From a virus, in IMG/VR virus record IMGVR_UViG_3300005274_000001, positions 64,001 through 128,000 of that record: 64,000 nt of DNA. One strand, 5' to 3'. The position numbers were made by a program, and so were the translations under genes. The stretch's first letter is position 1. The number at the start of each line of letters is the position of its first letter. The notes below the pieces were generated by a model. The model did not search any database. It worked only from the letters and a program-made list of their open reading frames with translations, and had not been told where the DNA came from. Below, piece by piece: positions 57,629 through 64,000 of the stretch.

Positions 57629-59122
57629 ATGGCTATTGAACTACCTCAGTATTCAGAAACTATAGAAACCAAGCAATTTACAACTCAGTCTGAAATAATC
57701 AGGCTTCCATATGTATTTCATGCCCTTGGGATTACAAATAAGGGAAGTGTACCAGTAAAGGTTTATTTATCAGAATCAAACCCAAACTCTTATGTTGTCG
57801 TAGATGCAAACTCCTACAAGGAAGTTTCTGCGTCCTCTAACTATATAAAATTTGTTTATGATGCTACAGGTACATACGATATAACACTTGAAATCTTTAG
57901 CCTTTTTTCCGAGGGATTTTTGGCACCAAGGTTTCCTAATCTATATGTGCAAGATATAAACGGAAACTATGTTTTATACAATCCACTAACTACTGACGGC
58001 TTCTTTACAGAAACATACTCTTACGGCGATTCTTTAGCAGTTAATAGACCTTACAACTCTGAAACAATGCTAGAAGTAGACTATTGGTTTAACGGCCAAA
58101 AACTAGCCTCTACAGATGGTACATTTTCTAGTGATTTCTTTGCCACTTTGATACAAAACTTTATAACTTCTGTATTTCCTTATTCTGATGTAAATGATGT
58201 CTTGCGTCCTCTTCCTGGTGGACAAACTGCAGACATCATAAACAAAATTAAAGATTATTGGCAACAAATAGATAGACCAATTAACGATGAATATGTAGGC
58301 GGTTGGGCGAAACTTGAGTCTTTTGATAGGAAACTTAGCTTACTTAGCTTTGTTTTAAGTGCTGGTGATAAGATAGAATTCCCATTTACTGTATTAGGCT
58401 TCAATATAGAGAACCTTGATAGCTCCAATAACGCTACTGTAAGGATTTATAATGAAAGCGCTTATACAGACCAAACCATTTCCCCATCCTCAAGTTATGT
58501 TGGAAATCTTGAACCAGCAACAAAGTTTGAAGTGCTAAGTGGAATAGTAAAAATCTCTTTCAGCGGTTATGCCGTTAAAATGCTTACCTTTGCTCCGATA
58601 ATTAATATTTACTATCCAATTGGCTTTGATGAAACTAGTGGTTTACCAAATGATGCTTATACTCTCTTCCAAAACCGACTTACAGAGTTTGAAACTTGGT
58701 TATCAAATGCTAAATTTTCTGGTAGAGTCTTTAAATATAAGTGGGTACAGCACGTACCAGAAACAAGAAATGTTTGGGATGCAGATTATTATCAAATAAC
58801 TTTTGCCGATTCTAAAATTCCTCTTCCTTTTGATGAGCTAAGACTTTACTTAAGAGATTGGTATACATATTCCCAATTGGAAAAGCAAATAATTTCTAGA
58901 GTTTGGGACGAAAATTATTCTGTTTTGGGGCAATATGGAAAACCTAAAGACATGAATGAAATTATCAATAATGACAACATCGTTTATGTTCTAGGACAAG
59001 ATTTCTCCAGTTACGCTGCTGGTACTGCAAGAAGAGAAGCCAAAAGAGAATTTTTGAGAAAAGTATTACTTGAGGGTTATCTAGGAAACTATGCTGGAAC
59101 TTTAACTTATTCCATAAATTAA
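57629..59122 (+). CDS. Probable virion protein with two internal beta-rich repeats
   Basis: AAGGAGG SD; IRLPYVFHALGITN vs IEFPFTVLGFNIEN. Confidence 0.65.
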   Translation: MAIELPQYSETIETKQFTTQSEIIRLPYVFHALGITNKGSVPVKVYLSESNPNSYVVVDANSYKEVSASSNYIKFVYDATGTYDITLEIFSLFSEGFLAPRFPNLYVQDINGNYVLYNPLTTDGFFTETYSYGDSLAVNRPYNSETMLEVDYWFNGQKLASTDGTFSSDFFATLIQNFITSVFPYSDVNDVLRPLPGGQTADIINKIKDYWQQIDRPINDEYVGGWAKLESFDRKLSLLSFVLSAGDKIEFPFTVLGFNIENLDSSNNATVRIYNESAYTDQTISPSSSYVGNLEPATKFEVLSGIVKISFSGYAVKMLTFAPIINIYYPIGFDETSGLPNDAYTLFQNRLTEFETWLSNAKFSGRVFKYKWVQHVPETRNVWDADYYQITFADSKIPLPFDELRLYLRDWYTYSQLEKQIISRVWDENYSVLGQYGKPKDMNEIINNDNIVYVLGQDFSSYAAGTARREAKREFLRKVLLEGYLGNYAGTLTYSIN

Positions 59123-59148
59123 CGACTTAATGTTGATAAAATGAAGTT

Positions 59149-60237
59149 ATGCCTAAGGAATATGAACATTGCAAAGAAAGTTATCTAAAAAAGGGAGTTT
59201 CAGAAAAGAGGGCGAAAGCAATTTGCGCTGGAATGTATTATAATAGACATGGTATTACAGTAAATGAAGCTAAAAAGAGGGGGTTAAAAAGCATGAAACT
59301 TTTATATTTAGGTAGAACAAAAGAGGCTCTAAAGTCATTAATTTTGGCTAATGGAGAAGAACTAAAGGATTTTGTTATTGTAAAGGTACCTGATTCTCTA
59401 AGAAAGAACAAAGTAGTTAAATCTCTCTATCCCAAGGTAGAAAACGAAGAATATGTTTATGTAGCTGTTCATAAGTCTGTTGTTGATGTAACTGTTGAAG
59501 GAAAGGTTGTTCTTTGTCTTGAAAAGCTCCTTTCTAAGGTTGAAGAAAACGAAACCTCTAAACAAAACGAAGACAATGTTGCCCATGTAGAGGCTGGTAA
59601 GGAAGTTGTTAAGGACGGCAAGTTAGAAAAAAGCTCTGGAGAAAGCGGCCAAACTGGTTCTCTAAAAGAAGAAATTCATGAAGAAGTTGTAGTAACTAAG
59701 TCTAAGAATAGTGAAGAAGAAAAAGACGATAGCAAGGTTTCCATACTAGACGATGTTGTCGAAAAATTAAAGAAGAAGAATATCCTTACAAATGAAGAGA
59801 GGGCCGCACTAGTTAATGCTCTTAGAGTTATTGAAGAATTCATGCAAGATAAGCTTACTGATGAACAAAGAGCAAATCTTTCTACTGCAATTAGTGATGT
59901 AGACATGGCACTTTCAGAAGAGGGCGATAAGAGTGAAGCTGAATCAGAAGAAAAGGCATTAGAGGCTACTTCTTCTACAGTAGAAGCAGTAGAGAAGGAA
60001 GATCTTGAACCTGAAGTTGTTCCTGTAACAAAAAGCCTTTCTGAGTATGAAAAGTTTCTAAGCCTAAAGTCGGTTGACGGAAAAAATCCTGTTTTTGAAA
60101 GCAAACATGATGCTAATAGGTATGCTAGACTGTATAACCTTCATAATGAAGGTAAGAAAGCTGTTGTGCTTCCTGCTTCAATGAATGAGAAGAGGAAGTA
60201 CGGTACAAAGGCTAAATATGTAGTTGTTTTTGAATAG
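59149..60237 (+). CDS. Acidic protein with many KS motifs (possible head-processed/scaffold-like)
   Basis: TG-A-TAAAAT-N6-ATG; strong terminator after. Confidence 0.65.
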   Translation: MPKEYEHCKESYLKKGVSEKRAKAICAGMYYNRHGITVNEAKKRGLKSMKLLYLGRTKEALKSLILANGEELKDFVIVKVPDSLRKNKVVKSLYPKVENEEYVYVAVHKSVVDVTVEGKVVLCLEKLLSKVEENETSKQNEDNVAHVEAGKEVVKDGKLEKSSGESGQTGSLKEEIHEEVVVTKSKNSEEEKDDSKVSILDDVVEKLKKKNILTNEERAALVNALRVIEEFMQDKLTDEQRANLSTAISDVDMALSEEGDKSEAESEEKALEATSSTVEAVEKEDLEPEVVPVTKSLSEYEKFLSLKSVDGKNPVFESKHDANRYARLYNLHNEGKKAVVLPASMNEKRKYGTKAKYVVVFE

Positions 60238-60248
60238 ACCAATTTAAA

Positions 60249-60284
60249 AAAATAAGCAAGGCCTGTTTTGGCCTTGCTTATTTT
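60249..60284 (+). terminator. Intrinsic terminator
   Basis: AAAATAAGCAAGGCC-TGTTTT-GGCCTTGCTTATTTT. Confidence 0.85.
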
Positions 60285-60298
60285 GTTATAATAGCATT

Positions 60299-60802
60299 AT
60301 GACTGAGCAAGAACTTAATCAAGCAATTTTTCAAAAGTTTGATGAAATAAAAGATACAATCAAAAATGAATTCTATAATTCTTTAAACAGTAAATTTGTA
60401 GAACCCATAAGAACAAATAATACCTTTTACAACTCAGAAGAATTGGCTAACCTTGTAGAAACTGAATTAAAAAATCGTTTTGATGAAATTTTTCAAGAGG
60501 CAGAAAATGAATTTAAGTCTTTTAAATTTTATCTGTTTAATGATGATGTTGGTAGAGAAGATTTGGGATTTAAACCTGGTTTTTGTAGAACTTCAAAAAC
60601 TCACCTTATTATAGAAGGTCAATTTAGAACAGTAGATTGTGGTTTCATATTGTTTGAAAATCCACAAATTCTTAATAAATTTATTGAAGCTTTTATAAAA
60701 AGAATCTTTAGCGCACTCATTGTAAAAAGGCTAAATGAGATTTCCGCAAAAATAATCGAAGAAAATGCTATAATATCTACCGATAATTATGGTTCAGCTT
60801 AA
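60299..60802 (+). CDS. Hypothetical protein, leaderless
   Basis: TG-T-TATAAT-N6-ATG. Confidence 0.8.
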   Translation: MTEQELNQAIFQKFDEIKDTIKNEFYNSLNSKFVEPIRTNNTFYNSEELANLVETELKNRFDEIFQEAENEFKSFKFYLFNDDVGREDLGFKPGFCRTSKTHLIIEGQFRTVDCGFILFENPQILNKFIEAFIKRIFSALIVKRLNEISAKIIEENAIISTDNYGSA

Positions 60803-61052
60803 GTTACTAGACCAAGACTTTGAAGTGGAGGTAGACGATAGGTATCTAATCCTTTACTCAAATGACGATTTTTGCTCTTCTCCAAAGACGCTTAGATTTA
60901 TTGGTTTTGAAATATATACATTTGACAATGTTTTTTGCGGAATAAAAATTAGATTAGAAAAATTGGACGATAGAAAATTAGAATCAATAATTCTTGTTGA
61001 TGAATATAATTACGAAATAGATTTATCTTCATTTGTTTCCAGCTACATATAA
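60789..61052 (+). CDS. Small hypothetical protein
   Basis: 87-aa ORF overlapping the upstream gene. Confidence 0.65.
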   Translation: MVQLKLLDQDFEVEVDDRYLILYSNDDFCSSPKTLRFIGFEIYTFDNVFCGIKIRLEKLDDRKLESIILVDEYNYEIDLSSFVSSYI

Positions 61053-61061
61053 AACAAAAAC

Positions 61062-61967
61062 TTAAAACAGCAATAATCTAACTACTCCTGTTGGAACATT
61101 TGCCATATCAGATGATGTATATCTGTTTCTATATAAAGAAATTATTACATTGCCGCTACTCCAACTTATCCCAGTAACAGCATACTCGTTGTCATGGGAA
61201 TTAGAGGATGTTCCTTGGTACACAGATAAAGATGCGCCAACATTAGTATAAACACCACTTATATTGTTTATTCCCATTCTTGTCAGCGCACCTTCAAGTG
61301 GAATAGACAAATAGATATAACCTTCCCCCATAAAACCTGTATCTATAGAAGAACTACTAATTAACGATATGATTTGTAGATCTAAAACAGAAAGAGAAAC
61401 AAACATTAGTATTGCTCCTAACTCAAAATAGGCACTATTTACAACACTAATACCACTACTAACTGTATAACCTACATATTCTGCCGGAGTAAAGTCGATA
61501 GGATAATATGGGGTTCTAAATACACCAGTTAACCCGACATCTGACAAATAATAAATCGTTCCACCCGATGGAGGGGAAGGAGAATATGTTCCGTCATATA
61601 CTATATTTACCGCACCTACTGCCGACAATTCCAAATTTACTAATCCCCTAACTTTTACTTTTAACCAAACTTCACCCGGAAGAGAGGTGTCGTTTGGAAC
61701 ATAAAATATAATATCTGAGCTATTTAAATAACCAGAAACGATTCCCCCAATTCCCGGCGAACTACTTAAAGAAAAGATAACATTGACCAGACCTCTGCCC
61801 TCAGTAGAAGAATATCCTCCTAAAATTCCATTAATTTGTAAGATTCCATTTCCTCTATCAATGGTTGCTAGTTTGTAATATCTAGTTTCTGGTATATTTC
61901 CAAAATCCAAATAAACATGCAAATATCTCTTATCACCTATTGTTGTATTTGGTAAAAGCTTTGCCAT
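61062..61967 (-). CDS. Probable tail-fibre-associated/receptor-binding protein
   Basis: Gly/Ser/Val-rich, YYKLATI motif, downstream of fibre gene. Confidence 0.5.
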   Translation of the reverse strand: MAKLLPNTTIGDKRYLHVYLDFGNIPETRYYKLATIDRGNGILQINGILGGYSSTEGRGLVNVIFSLSSSPGIGGIVSGYLNSSDIIFYVPNDTSLPGEVWLKVKVRGLVNLELSAVGAVNIVYDGTYSPSPPSGGTIYYLSDVGLTGVFRTPYYPIDFTPAEYVGYTVSSGISVVNSAYFELGAILMFVSLSVLDLQIISLISSSSIDTGFMGEGYIYLSIPLEGALTRMGINNISGVYTNVGASLSVYQGTSSNSHDNEYAVTGISWSSGNVIISLYRNRYTSSDMANVPTGVVRLLLF

Positions 61968-61969
61968 AT

Positions 61970-62794
61970 TTAAATTTCTCCTTTCAAAAACTCTTCAATC
62001 TTTTTTAGTCTATATTCTAATTCATCGATTTTCTTTTTCTTCTCTTTTAAAGCTGCAACTAGAAGAGCTACAACAGCATTGTAGTTTAGCTGTAAATAAC
62101 CATCTTTATCTTTCTTTACCGCTTCGGGAAAGACTTCTAAAACTTCGTCAGCTATAAGACCAGCACTAGGTTCTTTTTCTTTGGTAAATATGTATCCATT
62201 TAGTTTATTTATTTTCTCCACCGCACTACTTATTTGTTTAATATCACTCTTTATCCTTATATCTGAAGTTTCGTAAATTGCTCCATTTACATATAAATCG
62301 CTCGTTATTCTTGCTGTTCCACTAACATCTAGTTTATAGGATGGATTACTAGTTCCAATACCAACATTTCCAGAAATAACAATTAAGTTATCGTTTACCG
62401 TTAGATTTCCAGAGCTGATTGTTAAGTTTCCAGTCATTGTATCACCATCTTTATTTACTGGTGTATAACCAATGTTTGCAATAGCAGCACCAGAAGCAAG
62501 TTTTGCAGATGTAATAGCACCATCAGCAATTTTACTAGTTGTAACAGCACCATCTGAAATCATTGATGTAGTAATGCCGCTGTTGGCAACGCTTAAAGTA
62601 ACATCTCCAGTTAAAGTGCCGCCACCTGTTAGTCCTGAACCAGCAATGACAGAAGGATGTCCAGACAGCCTAGACCAGGGTACAGTACCGCTTAGTAAAC
62701 TGCCCTTCCAATAAACATTTCCACTAGGATCGACATTAATTATTCTAGAAATGTTGTTTAGGTCTAAACCTGTGTTAAATTTCTTGATTGCCAT
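61970..62794 (-). CDS. Tail fibre protein with C-terminal intramolecular chaperone (peptidase S74)
   Basis: GAVTTSKIADG repeats, GDTMTGNL, GNVGIGT..PSYKLDV, TSDIRIKSDI cleavage motif, GLIADEV..FPEAV, terminal coiled coil. Confidence 0.85.
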   Translation of the reverse strand: MAIKKFNTGLDLNNISRIINVDPSGNVYWKGSLLSGTVPWSRLSGHPSVIAGSGLTGGGTLTGDVTLSVANSGITTSMISDGAVTTSKIADGAITSAKLASGAAIANIGYTPVNKDGDTMTGNLTISSGNLTVNDNLIVISGNVGIGTSNPSYKLDVSGTARITSDLYVNGAIYETSDIRIKSDIKQISSAVEKINKLNGYIFTKEKEPSAGLIADEVLEVFPEAVKKDKDGYLQLNYNAVVALLVAALKEKKKKIDELEYRLKKIEEFLKGEI

Positions 62795-62900
62795 AATCAA
62801 CTATATTTTACTTAAAAAGTATGAAGCTTTTATATTGTAGAACAAAAGAAAAACTCTTTTATAGAATTTTTAGTTCAATTAATTGTTTTGAAGATCAATT

Positions 62901-64000
62901 TCATCCAATAATTACTACTCTAAGTGCATTGTTTCCTGGGGGAGAAGAGGTTCTGATTTCTATAGAATTAGTAGTTGGCCTTCTAATTTCAACTTCTACA
63001 TCATCGTAGTTACCTGAGTTGTTGTATACGCTAACATGTATATCTCTAGTGTTTAAGTTGTGTGTAATTGTATAAACAGTATTTGTAGTATCACCTATAG
63101 TAGCCACATATTTCTTTAGATTTGTAGTATAGTCTGTTTCTAGATTCGTAGTATAGTTTGTTCCTCCTCCGCTATTGCCGCTCTCACTATTACTTTCACC
63201 ACCTCCTCCACCTCCTCCACCGCCTCCTTCACTAATTATAAATGCAGAAGCAATTACTGGTCCATTTACTGTTAGGACTCCATTAACATTTGTAATTGTA
63301 AGTGATGTTATTCCTGAAACATTCAAATTTCCTTGTAATTGTGTATTTCCCTTAACTAATAAATCCTTACTAACTGTCAAATAATCTTCAATAACAAACT
63401 GGTCTGCACAAAATGTAAACTTTTTTACGCCGTTTTTGTTGTTTTCTACTTTAAAACAGCCGCTAGAAGAATCGGCAAAAATATCTACATATGTTGCGTT
63501 TTCTACATGCGTATTAAAAACTGACTTAGAAGAATCTGAAGAAAGTGTTATGTAGGAAAAAGAACTGTGCTTTTTAGCGCCAAAAATTACAGATTGACCA
63601 TCACTTAAAGCGTTGGCATATGTAAAATCTGTTCTTTTTAAAGAAGTATCCTTGTTTCCTCTTAAAAATAATCCAAAAGAATAGTCGTTTAAACTTGAAG
63701 AAGATTTTTGTAAGTTTTTAAACGATTCTTTTTCAGCATTTAGAATTAAAACATGTTGATAATTTTCTTTGTAAAACTGTTCAAACAGCAAAGAAGGATA
63801 GGTTGAAATAAATGTTCTGTTAAAATTATCGCTTTTTTCCAACAAAATAGAAGAACCGTCATCGTTTCTTATTCTTAACTGACTTTTATTTCCAAAGTTG
63901 ATCGCTGAAAATTGCTGGTCCTTACTTGTCTTTAAAAGCAGAAAAGAATCCTTTTTGTTTATCTTGTAGAGGCCGATTTTATTTCTTCCTAACTTTATTT
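62901..64000 (-). CDS. Tail-fibre-like protein, 5'-truncated by the window
   Basis: Frame is stop-free from 63998; beta-helix-like repeats, poly-Gly linker, ITHNLNTRDI domain. Confidence 0.7.
   Translation of the reverse strand, partial: IKLGRNKIGLYKINKKDSFLLLKTSKDQQFSAINFGNKSQLRIRNDDGSSILLEKSDNFNRTFISTYPSLLFEQFYKENYQHVLILNAEKESFKNLQKSSSSLNDYSFGLFLRGNKDTSLKRTDFTYANALSDGQSVIFGAKKHSSFSYITLSSDSSKSVFNTHVENATYVDIFADSSSGCFKVENNKNGVKKFTFCADQFVIEDYLTVSKDLLVKGNTQLQGNLNVSGITSLTITNVNGVLTVNGPVIASAFIISEGGGGGGGGGGESNSESGNSGGGTNYTTNLETDYTTNLKKYVATIGDTTNTVYTITHNLNTRDIHVSVYNNSGNYDDVEVEIRRPTTNSIEIRTSSPPGNNALRVVIIG

Noticed and set aside
1789-63384. Short antisense or nested ORFs in the track (e.g. 1914, 3207, 3565, 6273, 8771, 12484, 29799, 31596, 36083, 59676, 62472, 63175)
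   Set aside because: Shadows of longer genes with no SD or promoter support.

Overview
64 kb of an AT-rich, gene-dense, large tailed (myovirus-type) phage genome. The mix of sigma70/sigmaA-type promoters, many leaderless genes, tRNAs with CAT and TCT anticodons, a MoxR/vWA pair, an M23 peptidase, a radical SAM gene and a baseplate-J gene resembles, from memory and without a database search, the Thermus phiYS40/TMA-like phages. 1-27 kb: an almost unidirectional (minus-strand) array of about 42 mostly 130-250 aa orphan genes, many with their own TTGACA-N17-TAnnnT promoter. 27 of the 42 proteins end in Phe and 18 end in [E/D]-x-F (10 exactly EVF). The spacers carry two mutually exclusive repeats: motif A (GCGTTTAYTT, 1-16.2 kb) and motif B (about 28-31 bp, 17-24.2 kb). 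A MoxR AAA+/HEXXH-vWA pair sits inside the array. 25-29 kb: deaminase, RuvC-like nuclease, an approximately 91-bp tandem repeat, a Hef-like endonuclease/GNAT fusion and two tRNAs (the CAT one looks like Ile2 rather than Met). 29-64 kb: virion module (possible tape measure, M23 peptidase, neck adaptor, baseplate J, baseplate/hub proteins, tail-assembly-chaperone-like gene with a clean -1 frameshift, tail fibres with an S74 chaperone), interrupted by an opposite-strand operon of radical SAM + TNSSS-motif protein + array-like protein. Two structural genes appear split by +1 homopolymer shifts. Best candidates for an undescribed system: the EVF-tail gene array with its repeats and embedded MoxR/vWA machine, and the radical SAM/TNSSS operon.
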